NCBI GenBank assembly: GCA_951406725.2
Contig: OX597832.1
Coordinates: 3,100,001 to 3,164,000 of the forward strand
DNA length: 64,000 bases
Direction of reading: 5' to 3'
Source: Octopus vulgaris
Lineage: Eukaryota
Shown here: in pieces, positions 1 through 12,990 of the stretch
Layout: every line of letters starts with the position of its first letter
How positions within the stretch are numbered: the stretch's first letter is position 1
Notes under the pieces: generated by a model
Seen by the model: the letters and a program-made list of their open reading frames with translations, nothing else
Databases searched by the model: none
Told to the model about the DNA's origin: nothing
Made by a program: the position numbers and the translations under genes

Positions 1-131
1 GAAGGGCTCGATATGAATCACGACTATAAGATACCCGCTTTTGGTTACACTGCACCGCAAAATGTGGGAGTAGTTAGGAATCTAAATCGTAGGAGACAGA
101 CACCACACAACCTCACTTTTATATATATAGA
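1..131 (-). mobile_element. Non-autonomous Helitron-like element, 5' portion (cut by window edge)
   Basis: Near-identical to 52572-52702 and 53230-53340. The minus strand starts A|TCTATATATATAAAAGTGAG, a Helitron-type 5' TC terminus. Confidence 0.65.
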
Positions 132-307
132 TATAACATACATTGTTGATAGAAATTACTTCAGTTTCCCATCAGTACCTTGTTTTGAGTGTCTGTCACA
201 CTGTCTAGTTTGGGAGTTTGTTTGTGTGTGTGTGTGTGTGTGCAGATATATGAATGGACAACTTAATTTGGAGAATTACAACAGTTTAATTGAATGTTGT
301 TTTGTAG

Positions 308-545
308 CATCTGGAGATGAGACCATGGATGCAGCTGCGTTAGCAAAAGAGGCAAGCAACCGTGCTGCTGCAGCTGCTGCTGCCTCAGCTGTCATAGCAG
401 CAGCACAGGCATCCACTACTTTATCTACACCTCATTTACCTGTGCCACCTACTCCGAAACGGAGGAAACTTGAAGAGGATGCTGACAATACAAATAATAC
501 AACTCGTGAAACAGAAAGAGGTTCTGAAGATGATTTCCAGGATAC
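308..545 (+). CDS. STAG1: Internal exon of probable cohesin subunit SA (STAG1/2-like), C-terminal region
   Basis: tttgtag acceptor and gtaag donor. Encodes ...PPTPKRRKLEED...ETERGSEDDFQDT. The spliced product resembles the vertebrate STAG C-terminus (ESEHGSEPDF...ISWL...K..DL...NY) as recalled, not searched. Confidence 0.6.
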
Positions 546-582
546 GTAAGTCCTTTATTTTAATACTGTTACATCTCCTGTA

Positions 583-963
583 GGAGGCGCAATGGCCCAG
601 TGGTTAGGGCAGCGGACTCGCGGTCGTAGGATCGCGGTTTCGATTCCCAGACCGGGCGTTGTAAGTGTTTATTGAGCGAAAACACCTAAAGCTCCATGAG
701 GCTCCGGCAGGGATGGTGGTGATCCCTGCTGTACTCTTTCACCACAACTTTCTCTCACTCTTACTTCCTGTTTCTGTTGTACCTGTATTTCAAAGGGCCA
801 GCCTTGTCACTCTCTGTGTCACGCTAAATATCCCCGAGAACTACGTTAAGGGTACACGTGTCTGTGGAGTGCTCAGCCACTTACACGTTAATTTCACGAG
901 CAGGCTGTTCCGTTGATCGGATCAACCGGAACCCTCGTCGTCATAACCAACGGAGTGCTTCCA
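583..963 (+). mobile_element. tRNA-derived SINE, family A
   Basis: A box TGGCCCAGTGG, B box GTTTCGATTCC, 13-bp target-site duplication TACATCTCCTGTA at 570-582 and 964-976. Confidence 0.9.
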
Positions 964-1082
964 TACATCTCCTGTACCCTATAAACTGCTGTCTGTATTA
1001 TTATGCCTCATCCATTTCTCTTTGTCTTTTGAATTCCTTTTATAACCCAGAATTAATTTGTAGTGCCCCCTGATTAGCTCCC

Positions 1083-1295
1083 GTGCTGCTGGCACATAAA
1101 AAGCAGCACCTACTACACTCTTGGAGTGGTTGGCATTAGGAAGGGCATCCAGCTGTAGAAACCTTGCGAAATCAGATTGGAGCCTGGTGCAGCCTACTAG
1201 CTTGCCAGTCCTCAGTCAAACCGTCCAACCCATGCCAGCATGGAAAGTGGACTTTAAGCGATGGTGGTGGAAGCGGCGTAGTAGTAGTAGTAGTA
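1083..1295 (+). mobile_element. RTE-tail-type short retroelement, family D
   Basis: GGAGTGGTTGGCATTAGGAAGGGCATCCAGCTGTAGAAAC core with trinucleotide tail. The same sequence forms the 3' end after the RTE fragment at 53490-54170. Confidence 0.7.
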
Positions 1296-1795
1296 AAGCG
1301 TCAGTCTTTTTGTTTTTGTTTTTTCATAAAATTTGCTTTAAATATCTTGTTAACAACAGATACTAATTAGTTCTGCAAGATATAATAGCTACTTGCAGTA
1401 GGAAGTCAGTGAAAGTGCTAGGGTCATAATCCAATAGAACAGTTTGTTTCATATTTATTATTTTACGTTGCATAACCTGTCAGAGTCAGTATAATGGAAA
1501 ACTGGTTCTTTGGAAGGCAGCTGCATCTTATTTATAAAATTATTTATAGCAACAGTCATTCAGATCCTGCTGCAATTAAAAAAAAAAAACAGTGTAAAAG
1601 TACCAAAAAGGATGTGTGCAGAATCTTATGTCACTTAGACAATGTAACTTTTTAAGTGAGCTTAACTATTTCAATAGAACAGTTCTTATATTTCTCACAT
1701 TGAAAGTGTTGAGTATAGTTTACTTTTCAATGAATTCCATTCTATTTGTTATATGTTCCTTTATATGTCTGAGAATTAATGCATTTTATTTTCAG

Positions 1796-1909
1796 AATAT
1801 CTGATGTCACTCAACTTTCCCAGATGAATTGGTTGGATTCTTCAAAGCAATCAGACCTACAACAAAGAATTGAAACCTCTAACTACAGTCATTTACGACC
1901 ACCAAACAT
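1796..1909 (+). CDS. STAG1: Internal exon of probable cohesin SA/STAG gene
   Basis: ttttcag / gtgagt, 114 nt, phase 2-2, in frame with the previous exon: ISDVTQLSQMNWLDSSKQSDLQQRIETSNYSHLRPPN. Confidence 0.65.
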
Positions 1910-2143
1910 GTGAGTATTTGGTCAGTCATTCTTTTATTATTGTATAGTTTTATAGTTTGAATACATGTAAGCATTAGATAACACTGATGTGATTGGATTT
2001 GTACTTTATTAAAAGTGAGTCATGAAGTTAAGTTTAGTAAAAATTAAGTTCTTCAGAACAAATTTGAGAAGTAAAATGGCTTATTTTTGTAAAGGTATCT
2101 TGTGGTAGTATAAGGTAAGGTGACAATAGCATTTATATCTGTG

Positions 2144-2900
2144 CTGCTGACACGTAAAAAATACCATTCGAGTGTGATCGTTACCTGCGTCGCCTTACTG
2201 GCACTTGAAAAAACATTCGAGCGAGGTCATTGCCAATGCCACTGGACTGGCTCCTGTGCAGGTGGCACATAAAAAGCATTTGAGCGTGGCCGTTGCTAGT
2301 ACCGCCTGACTGGCCCTCGTGCCGGTGGCACGTAAAAGCACCCACTACACTCTTGGACTACTTACTTACTTGTACTTGTGGCGACATTCACCCTGGGTGG
2401 GTTGAGTCGGCTTCTTCCACCACCCTCGAGGCATCTCGAACCATGGCGGTGGAAGAGGTTTCGTGGGAATATGAATTTCACAAGCAGTCCCCAACAATCC
2501 CGCATGTAGAGACATCCTGTTTGCCGCAGATGCAGGGACAGAACGACCGAGGAGCCGCCGGTTGCCGAAACAAACACTCCGAGGATTTTCACCAGAGCCC
2601 CGTCTGCCGAGTTGTGGCCCTAATACCACTCGGTGTCTGACCAATCTGCCTTGGGTGGCCCTACCAGGAACCGAAGTTCCCGACGGCATAGCTCTGACAC
2701 TACCCGTTGCCAGCGTCCCCACCACAGTGAGGAGGGGATGGACTTTGGGGAGTGGTTGGCGTTAGGAAGGGCATCCAGTTATAGAAACTCTGCCAGATCA
2801 GATTGGAGTCTGGTGCAGCCATCTGGTTTGCCAGACCTCAGTCAAATTGTCCAACCCATGCTAGCATGGAAAGCGGGCGTTTAACGATGATAATGATGAT
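2144..2900 (+). mobile_element. RTE-tail-type retroelement (family D) interrupted by a nested insertion
   Basis: Family D core split at CTCTTGG by the 2359-2745 insert; (GAT)n tail at 2886-2900. Confidence 0.7.
2359..2745 (-). mobile_element. Nested GC-rich non-autonomous retroelement with RTE 5'UTR-like head and (TAAG)n tail
   Basis: The minus strand has GAGCTATGCC...AGGGCCACCCAAG, reminiscent of RTE/BovB 5' UTRs, and ends AAGTACAAGTAAGTAAG. Confidence 0.5.
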
Positions 2901-4876
2901 CTTGAGTAACTAAAGGAGAAAGTGAATAGTAAACACTGCTCTTTGGTACTGCAGCCACATCTCTGCTTTTCTTTAGGACTAGTGATGGTGATGATTGTCC
3001 ACAGCCTTTGGTTTCACCACCTATGCCATGACCAGATATATCTGGCAGCTGCCCTCATAGATGAGCTCAAGGTCTATCACTATCAGCTGGTTTCTCATAT
3101 GTTGCAGATCAGCTGAAAGTTTTTTTTAAGTGTTCCTCTATGCTATCCAGGTGTTATTTTTGCTTTAACCAAATACCGAAACTACCTTACTTGTCGAAAT
3201 ACTGTGCTGCAGAGAAACTGAAACAGCATTAAGTGCTACTGAAAGAGATGAAACTTAACTGTTTCTCTAGAATTGGAACTTTGACTAAAAGAGATGCTGC
3301 TAAGGTAGCAAAACTGTAATAGGCATATACAGAGATTACTATTGGCTGAAGTCATATATGTATTAATCATTTTGTATTTCATGTAACTACTGATTGGTAT
3401 ACAGTGACAAAACATGGTAGACTTTATTGTGAATGGAGATGCAAATAATATCTTGTTTGAGATTGTATTCCTTTGGTTGGCTCTATTGTAATTTTGTCCG
3501 TGTCTTGTGAATTATAAGCAGTACCACCCACCCCAGTGTTGTACATTTCATGTGTCTGCAGGGCTAATGTATTTTGCTCCCCTAATGATTTACATTTAAG
3601 CCTTGCATCCTCTCACAACTCAGTAAGCCCTGGAAGCTAGGCTGTGTATTATGAATATTAAAACAGTTATGTCAAATAGTGTACTAAGGTCAGCATGGTT
3701 TTTGTTATCATTTTATACATTTAATCTGTGTAATTTAAAACTTTTGTAGAAAATGCAAAAAGTATCAACACAGTCTGACTTGGTGCTCCTTCATAATTTG
3801 AGTACACTGTTGAAACCAAATCAAATTTTCAGCACATTTAGATCATATTAGAACATTTATAGTTCAGCAATTATAGTGTAATTGGTGCTTCAGATTCTGT
3901 ATGAATAATTATCTGGGAGAAAATAATTTATAATTTTCCCTATAACTCTGAACTTATAAAATGGCGTGAAGATTAACAATTAAAGAAATAGAAGTAGACA
4001 ATTTGATTCTAAATAGCTTTGGAATAGGTTTTAAATATTTCAACCATGAATACTTCTTTAGAATCTAAATGGTTCGAATTACTCAAAACAAGTTTTAAGA
4101 AAAAATATTTTAAAATTATGTTGTAACATAGTGTCTCTTTGAGAGAATTATTAATTCAGTTTCTAAATATGAATTATAATCAAAACTTGGTGCTGAGTTT
4201 ACTCCACTCACTTAACCATGAGATGACTGAGTTATTGTGAAGATGACAAGTGAGACAAATGATGGGAAATGAATGTGGAAAGAAGAAAAGGACTGAGAAA
4301 GAGTTAAGATGATGACGAAGTGAATTAGGCAAGAGCATTGGGCAGGTGGAAATGCAAAAGATAGAGCAAAATGGAAAAAACTATCACGAGGTCTTGAAAG
4401 CTAACCTTGCTTTAGCAAAGAAAATTATCTTAAAACACTGGTTGTTAGCCATGGAAGCTTTTATTTCCTCCCTATTTCATATCATAGAGGTTAGCTACAA
4501 TCTTTTGGTATATCTGTTTCTCCAATCATAATGCAATACATACACATATAGAAAAGTGTATTTAGACGACTGAGTCCAATTTAGTCATAACAAATTAAGA
4601 ATATCTTCAAAGTGAAAGTGACTGAGCCATTTGTTTACATAACTCTTTTTACCTATTTCAATATTTTTAACATGAAAAATAACCAATTAGCCAAGTTAGT
4701 CATATTATATTTCATTAATAGAATATATCTTGTCTAGAGGCTTAATCTGATGGCATCCACTTAGAAAAGATCTATCAGCAAACATTTCTTTTCTGTTAAT
4801 TAAGCATTGGTTCTTAGACTTTAGGTTTCTTTTGAAATAAAAATAACTTGATATTTATTTGATTTTACGGATGTAG

Positions 4877-5027
4877 GTCAAGTCTTGAAAATGTGTCTGA
4901 AGAAGGAGAAAGCCACATGAATGAATTTGACAATTCTGATGTTGTGTCAGCCAGAGGTCGAGCCCATCATCCTGTCATGCAAGGAGGACTTTTTGAAGAA
5001 GATGGACCTCCTATTGAAGATCCATCA
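4877..5027 (+). CDS. STAG1: Internal exon of probable cohesin SA/STAG gene
   Basis: tgtag / gtaagt, 151 nt, phase 2-0, open frame SSLENVSEEGESHMNEFDNSDVVSARGRAHHPVMQGGLFEEDGPPIEDPS. Confidence 0.65.
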
Positions 5028-6274
5028 GTAAGTGTTGAATGTTAAAGAGGTTCATGAGTATCTAAGTTTAAAAAGAACCATTTTCTTTTCATTAAGTCTC
5101 TCCCTTTCTCTCAGTCTCTCTTCCCTGTTTCCACATTCTCATTCTCTAAAAATTTTTCTCCGTTTTTTTTTTACATTCTCTACTTCTTCCATATCTCCCA
5201 ATCTCTTTTCTTAATTCTCAATCTTCTCACCTGCATCTAAGAGGTGTAGGCATGCAGCTTCAATCATTGTGGACAGTAACTCATTTTAGGAAGTAGTCAA
5301 AATGATACTGAAACACCTGTTCAAAAGTGTTTATTCTCATATTTGTTTTAGAATTGCTAGAATGTTGCTGTGCCTAGCAGAATTTTCTACTGAATTTCTT
5401 GCAATATATCTGCAAGCCACAAGATACAAATTTGGTGTTAATGTCTGCAAAAATACCTTAAAGTATGACAAAATAGCAATTTATAATAATAAACTGTCTT
5501 TTGTATTTTCAATGTTAGATCAACAATCTAATAACTATACAAAACTTATTTATAATCATAAAAATATTTTTAAATATGTTATTTGTTGATCATATTCTTA
5601 TAAAAATTTGTTTGATGTTCAATTCTAAGCTGGTACTATTTGGTCATTGTCACTGAAACTATTGTACAACTGCTGTTTATTTTGCTTTTGGCACACCACA
5701 TCAAGAAGCCAATCCCACATCTACCACATTGAATAACATAACCTTTTATTTTATAGAATTTTTGGACCATGGTTTATGTTTGGTTCCACTCTCATTAATC
5801 AAATTTTGCACTTAAAAAATTATCCTATGCAGCTGCAACATGATTAGCTCAAAGAAGTAAGCTTAGGGAACTAGTTTAATGATGCAAAAATAAAAATAAA
5901 AACTATTCTGTTGTGATTTTATGTGCAATATGTTTTATTAGAATGTATGCCAACATGGAAAATGGATATGGACATTTAAGATAATGTTGATGATGATAAT
6001 GATGACAATATACAAATATGTTTGTGTAGTTTGGAGGATATATAACAATTTGTCAATTTGCATAGCTTTGTACCGTGTCTGTTTTGAGGCTAATAATCTC
6101 CTTTCCATTTAAATAATGACTTCATTTTTTCTACTGATTAATATACCATTGAAGTCTCTAGCAGTTATTTGAATATCTTCAATGTCACTCATAAAGGATT
6201 CATTTCTTTATTGGAATAGTGATTCTATTATTGAATATTTATGCTTGAGTCTTTGTTATTTTTATTACTCACAG

Positions 6275-6301
6275 ACCCAACAACTGGAATCCATTGCCTT
6301 T
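6275..6301 (+). CDS. Candidate 27-nt microexon (TQQLESIAF) of the SA/STAG-like gene
   Basis: ttttattactcacag acceptor, gtaagt donor, phase 0-0, no stop codon. Confidence 0.5.
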
Positions 6302-6410
6302 GTAAGTTTTCTTTTTCCTCTTCAGAATTCTTTATTCTTGCAGTCATTTACTGATGCTTGTTATTTTTCACTGATTTCTCAATCTCCCTATCTTTGTCTC
6401 TTTCTCTCAG

Positions 6411-6443
6411 TGCCTTCCTTTTGACTTCTTCATTAACTGCTGA
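6411..6443 (+). CDS. Candidate alternative last coding exon (CLPFDFFINC*)
   Basis: Strong pyrimidine tract ctttgtctctttctctcag; phase-0 frame ends TGA TAA TAA; AATAAA at 6949. Confidence 0.3.
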   Translation, partial: CLPFDFFINC

Positions 6444-9073
6444 TAATAATATTTATTGGTTTTATCATTTTTATTTCATCTTAACAATCTAGCTGTCAGT
6501 GAAAAAGCACTCCATAAAGTACAGATGGTGTGAAGAAGGGTTTTGTTTGTTGGTTTATTTGACCGCCTGGAATGTTTAACAGTTTTCATTACTAACTGTT
6601 CCCTCTACAGAAAATCAGTTGGTGGCTTTAGGAAGTTAAAATAGGATAAACTAATATTTTTTATTAAGGGTAACTGCATGGTAGTTTGGTTTCTTTGTGT
6701 AGGCAAGTGAAAAAAATTCTTTAGTATTATTTCTGTACATAGTATTTTAGAAAATAATGAGTCGCTGTATTAAACAAGAACAGCATTTTTACAAAGCTTT
6801 GAATTGCTGTGTAAATATCCCCTGGATGGTTTTGAAAAAATTCCATCGTAATGGTTTATATTTTATGCTATTAGAGCAGAGAGGAATTGAATTTTGGGAA
6901 TAGTTTTAATGTTGATTTATTGATTTTTTTTTTTCTTTTTGGTAAATCAATAAAGGCTTTGATGTTAAATGTAAGAATGAGAGGGTTTAAATAAATTACT
7001 GATGTGAGCTTTCACAGAAACAGTGAATTCTGTCATTGTCTACAAATAGTACTGTAAGAAAGGAAATACTACACCATAGAAATTGTGTAGTTTATGGTAC
7101 CACACTTGCAATTTTCAATTTGCACTAACACAATTATGTTAGTAGGAAATAAAATTTCTAAGATCTTTGGTGTTTGAAAAATGTTATAATAACTAGCAGC
7201 ACAAGGGCTTTAATTAATAGGTTGAGTATTTGATTTGCATATTAAAAGTATTGTACAGTGAGACATTAGAATAACTAATGCTTTTGCTCAATGTGAAATT
7301 TGTATCTTGGAAACAGTAAACCCAGAAAAAGTTTAAATGTTACAAAAAGCATAACATATTGTTTTGGAAGAAAAACCAATTGAATGGAAAGGATTGACAG
7401 TAAAATAATTGCTTGATATAAGATCAATGATAAAAGAGTTGAAAAACTAAAGCAGAACAATGCTAAAATAACTCCAGATCAAATTTTTCCACCTTTTCTG
7501 ATTGGTTTTGTCACAGCTTAAATTAGCAATCAACACAATTTTTCCTTTCATTTTACTGGTCATTTTTTAATTCTATATTGAGCCAAGCCATATGAAGCTC
7601 ATACGTACTAAACTTTTAATAATTTAAATCTGAGTATTTAAACTGTAGATTTTTGCATCAAATTATTTTTAGTCTTTCAAGAAAATTTATATAGTTAAAC
7701 AATAAAATGATGGTGGTTGTCATCATGAGCATCACTTCTTCCTCCTTGTCAGAAGCAGACTCAGCAAAATTGGATAGCCTTAGTTGACTTAGAATAGGCA
7801 TTTGATAAGTTATATATTTTTCAGTATGTGGGGAGGGGCAATGAAAGACATTACATAACCTTCTCTCAGCTTCTCACTTAGGCTTTGCCAGCTTTCTCTC
7901 TAAATATAATATCCTGCTATTTCTTTTCTTCAAAGTATAATATTTTATCTTCCATTGACCTATTTATTGTCAAACTCGCTTACCTTTTATAAACTTCAGT
8001 TACAATCTTTCTCCATAGCTCAGTAAATTGGATCCACTACTTTTCTGTTCACCTATATGTTGCCCTATATTGTGGGAGTTGGTTTTTACAGAGGTATCTT
8101 TCTACTTCCTTACTTTCTTGCTATTGACAGAGGTGTTTCTGCCTTCTCTCATTGTTAAAGGTATCACTGTTTCTTTTCAGTGGTATTTCTGACATGTTCA
8201 TCATTAAAGTTTGCATTTTATCCAGTTTTATTTTACATTTCATTTCCTTTTGGACACAGTGGACCAAATGTGTACTCCAATAATAGTTTAATTAAAATTG
8301 TTTTATAATTATAATTACTTCAAAATTATTTAAAAGATTCTTGAAATATAACAATCATATAAAACCTTCCTGAAAGCTTTTAAATCTATTATTACTAAAC
8401 TGTTAGTTGGATGCTACTAATATGCTTGCAAATTGAATTTTTTTTCTTTTTTTTTTCTTGAAGATAATAGCATTTTTTAACTTTTTTTTTCTCTCCCTCC
8501 AAAAACATTTTTGAAGCATTAGTTTACTGATATTACAGTATTTGATTGTATGCTTCCATTATATTTTCTAAGCTTAGACTTAAATTTACAATAAACAACT
8601 AAGTAGGAATATATCCAGCATTTTATTGTACAACACTTACTTAATTGCTACAATATCCAGCTGAAGCCGAAAGGAGTTTGGTTTCCATTGGATTGTAAGA
8701 AAACTGGAGGCACTCAGAATTTCTACTTTTTGTACCTGTTTTTAATGAATTAGTTGTACATCACTGATCTCTAAAATTGGAACTGCTGTTTCTTGCACTG
8801 CTCCTTTACAACCTCTAACTATTCTATAATATTTTAATTGTAAACTTCCATTGTATTTATTTGTGTACATGCATACATACATATGCACGCTTCCTTATGG
8901 TCATCATTGAAACCAAATTGATGATGAACATCGTTATTTTCTTTTTAGTGAATCCTTTTATGCCTGTACATCCTAAGCATTGATGAGCAGTTTTGATTGC
9001 AGATGAGATATATAAATGTTTGGTTGGAAAGGCTAAATATTACATAATGTTTATATTTCTTTTCTTGCTTCAG

Positions 9074-9130
9074 GTAGTGCCAAGTATGTTTCTACCATTC
9101 ATATCTTCACCCCCCCCCCTCCAATGCTGA
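9074..9130 (+). CDS. STAG1: Probable last coding exon of SA/STAG-like gene (VVPSMFLPFISSPPPLQC*)
   Basis: tttcttttcttgcttcag acceptor, phase 0. Followed by a repeat-poor ~2.2-kb putative 3' UTR with AATAAA at 11341. Confidence 0.5.
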   Translation, partial: VVPSMFLPFISSPPPLQC

Positions 9131-11520
9131 GACTGCCAAAGTGAACATTAAGTAGCCAGGTATTTCATTCATGAGTCCATTGTTCCACTTTAAAATGGTA
9201 CTTAGCTGGTCTTTGACCTTTGTGTTGGTTCACCAGCCATGCATTAACCATTAACACAGTGGCTACAGAGGTTTCTAGAAGGTATCTATCCACAAGTCAA
9301 CCATGCACACTATGTCAGTCATTTCAGCTGGTGTGTGTACAGCACTATTGCTGACAGTTTAACAAAGAATTTCTGTGTATGTAAACTGAAAGGATCTTCT
9401 GGAGATATTGGATGCAAGAGAACGCTTGTGTAATGAAGTTTTATTGTGCCATTGGAAGTGATTATTTCCCTGTATCATTATCTTCCTCTGTGAAGGTGAT
9501 AGTGACAAGGGGCACCCAGTATGACTGGTGCCTCCTATCAGTTAAAGGGTACTGCTAGAAATCCAACTTGTCAGAAACCACCTAAAAGCTGGCCTTCTGT
9601 AGAACGAATATGTTCTTCATTTTATCTTTCCATAAGTTTCTGTCTCATGAATGCATGCAGCATTTTTTTTACCTGTTTTATGGTATATCATCTATGCCTC
9701 AACCTGTGTAATAGAATGGCTAATACTTTTCGTTTCACTTGAAATGACATCTGCTTGTGTTTCACAGTTACTGTCTCAACCTGTTTTGTTTTTCATTGAA
9801 CTTGCTCTTTAATAGTGATGGGCTCAGGTTGTGCTATTTTGCTTGAATCAGTCTTCTAGATGTTAATTTTCAAATGTGAACTGTGTGACTCCTGCTGAGC
9901 TCTGCACTTTCTCTGAGACAAGGACACAATCATCAGCAATTCTTTCTCTCTCTCTCTCTCTTATATCTATTGGTGATCAGTGTTGACCATCACTTGGACC
10001 TCAGCAATGTTCAATAGAGAAGTCATGCAGGTGACCAGACATGTGCAACTCCCACCTGTTCATATAAGCACTGAAAATTCCACCACTATGGAAGTGGTGA
10101 CATTTCATTGTCAGCAACCAAGAAAATTCACATCAGTTGGGCCCCCAAATCATGACTTGTATGTAACTTAGTTTTAAATGGGGAGAATCCTATGTATTCT
10201 GCAGTAAGATATAGTCAGCATGGTGAAAGATGAGACTGAATGCTTGTGTGGCCAGAGACTTGGCAGAGTTTGATTAGAAACTGCTTTTCAGATATTAAAA
10301 CATTGATGTAGGAAGATAAATATTTAATTGTTTCTTAATAATGTTTCATTTATAATGTGTTCTGAAACATGTATTTTGGCAGTGATATTTACCATTTATT
10401 ATTCAAACACAAAGATACTGTTAAAGATAGTACAATATCTTTGAAGAGGTGACAGGTGTGTGATGAATGACTTTGTCATTGAGTAACAAATATAAATGAA
10501 GTAAATAAATAATAGTGCATGTAATTAATATGTAAAACAGCAAATGTGACTTTGAGAGAAAACAAAATTAATATAATGGAAATCCTTAAAGATTGAGATA
10601 TAAAAACTTTTACTCATGGACAATACAGGCTCGAGTAGATGAAAGAGTGTAATGCTGTATGGCATTAGCACATAAGAGGTTTTCAGAAATTCATGATGAA
10701 GCCAGTGAAGAAATCACGAACCCACCAAATTATTTCAATGACTTTTGCCTGGAGGTTTTGATTTTCTCTCATCAAAGATTCTTAAAATTTTGAAGGCAAA
10801 AGTTATTGAACTTGAAAATAATAAATCTAATAGGTTGTAATTATGAAAACAAATTCTACTCTGAAATGTTTATCATGAATGATTTAAGCTTTTTTTTTTT
10901 TGTCTATAAATTTGTAAAGAGAAAAAAAAGGTATGTATATGTGTTATATTTTATCAGAGGGAATAAAATGTATATTTATCTTGCCATGTAACTTAATTAT
11001 TGTAACAGAAATTAATTTTTCAATTTTTTTTTTATCTTCAATTTGCAGTCAGAACTGAGTCATCATGGATTTTAGTTTCATCAGAATTACAGACCATTGT
11101 TAGATAATGACTTAATTGTCTACAGATTTAGAAACATTCTTATCTCTAAACATTTTAAACAAAATGATATCATTATGGCTCTATTTTGATAATTTAAACA
11201 ATTTCTAAACCTTATCTATGTATTTTCTATAGTTTTGTTTCATATTTCCCCAAAAACTTTTGTTCTAAAAAAAATAATAATAATCAGTTTGTAACCTATA
11301 GTTGAAAGATAATGAAAGTTTGTGCTGTAATTAAAATTAAAATAAAATTATATATTGTATATATATATTGTATATTTTTGTTCACACACCTGCACTCACA
11401 CTCTAAGTGTTCTCTGATCACCATATAAACAAATTATTCCTTGTATGACGTTAAAATATTTAAATCCCTCACTCACATTGCTCTATTAAAATAAGAAAGG
11501 GAATTATTTTTTATTTGCTA

Positions 11521-11724
11521 TACTCTTTACTCTTTTCAGTCATTTGACTGCGGCCATGCTGGAGCACCACCTTTAGTCGAGCAAATCGACCCCGGGACTT
11601 ATTCTATGTAAGCCCAGTACTTATTCTATCGGTCTCTTTTGCCGAACCGCTAAGTGACGGGGATGTAAACACACCAGCATCGGTTGTCAAGCAATGCTAG
11701 AGGGACAAACACAGACACACAAAC

Positions 11725-11761
<37 letters not shown>

Positions 11762-11926
11762 TATATACAACAGGCTTCTTTCAGTTTCTGTCTACCAAAT
11801 CCACTCAAGGCATTGGTTGGCCCGAGGCTATAGTAGAAGACACTTGCCCAAGATGCCACACAGTGAGACTGAACCCGGAACCATGTGGTTGGTTAGCAAG
11901 CTACTTACCACACAGCCACTCCTGCA

Positions 11927-11928
<2 letters not shown>
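11521..11928 (-). mobile_element. tRNA-derived SINE, family B, with internal microsatellite
   Basis: Reverse complement of 37101-37500. A box TGGCTGTGTGG, B box GGTTCAGTC, (AAGAGTA) tail. Confidence 0.85.
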
Positions 11929-11977
<49 letters not shown>

Positions 11978-12414
11978 CCATTACAGACTAAGAAAAGAAA
12001 TTTTATTGTACAAGGTAATTTATAAGTGTCATCAATATAACTTTTATTATATTTCTGAATAATCTTGAGAATGGAGGAGACATATTTAAAAAAAAAAAAC
12101 AGGAATTAAAACTTAGTACCAATTTCAGTTTGTTGCATTCTGACTTCTAATTGTAATAAGATTGCCATGGAAACTAAACTGTATTAAAGACTACTTCAAA
12201 TATAATGAGTATGTGGAATCAAGAATGTCTAGTCTGTCATTCACAGTGATTTTAATGATGATAATAGCTAATAATTAAAGATTAACCATTGTGCATACCC
12301 GACTGTTAACACCTTGTTGAAAATTTTCTAAGTTACAAAACCTCAGAAAATATTTAAAATGGGTTTTTTTATTCAAACATTTATTGCGTTGGCTTGAAAA
12401 TTGTTGCTCTTGCA

Positions 12415-12990
12415 GAAACGCCAAGGTCGATTTTACCTTACATCCTTCAATAAATTAAGTACCAGTGACCACTGGGGTCAATTCAATCGACTAGTCCCCT
12501 TCCCCAATATTTCAGGCCTTGTGCCTATAGTAGAAAGGATATTAAAGCAGCAAGCTGGCAGAATCGTTAGTACACCAGTTAAAATGCTTATCAGTATTTC
12601 GGCTGTCTTTATGTTCTGAGTTCAAATTCCACCAAGGTCAACTTTGCCTCTCATTCTTTTGGGGTCGATAAATAAGTACTAATTGATCACTGGGCTCGAT
12701 GTAATCAATTAGCCTCTTCCCCCAAAATTTCAGGTCTTGTGCCTTTTGTAGAAAGGATTATTATTATTATATTATTATTATTATTATTGTTGTTGTTGTT
12801 GTTATTAAGGAGGCAATCTGACAGGCTCATTAGCACACCAGGTGAAATGCTTAGCCGTATTTCATCCATCTTCACATTCGGAGTTCAAATTCCACCAAAG
12901 TCGGCTTTAACTTTTATCCTTTCAGGGTTGATGTAATTGACTACTCCACTCCCCAAAATTTCAGGCCTTGTGCCTATTGTAGAAAACATT
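12415..12990 (+). mobile_element. Cluster of three tRNA-derived SINE copies, family C
   Basis: Repeated GCTGGCAGAATCGTTAG...GAGTTCAAATTCC...GGGGTCGAT...GGCCTTGTGCC units, homologous to 26978-27172. Confidence 0.75.

Noticed and set aside
13-307. N-terminal part of the 178-aa ORF 13..549
   Set aside because: It runs through a Helitron end and (TG)n intron sequence; only 308-545 is exon.
583-660. tRNA-like sequence (also at 37101 and near 50430)
   Set aside because: These are SINE heads with body and tail (TSDs at 583 and 50105), not tRNA genes.
656-716. Deletion in the 16.2-kb copy interpreted as a spliced intron (GTAAGT at 661, CAG at 710)
   Set aside because: The breakpoints (656-716, GG microhomology) do not coincide with those splice-like sites.
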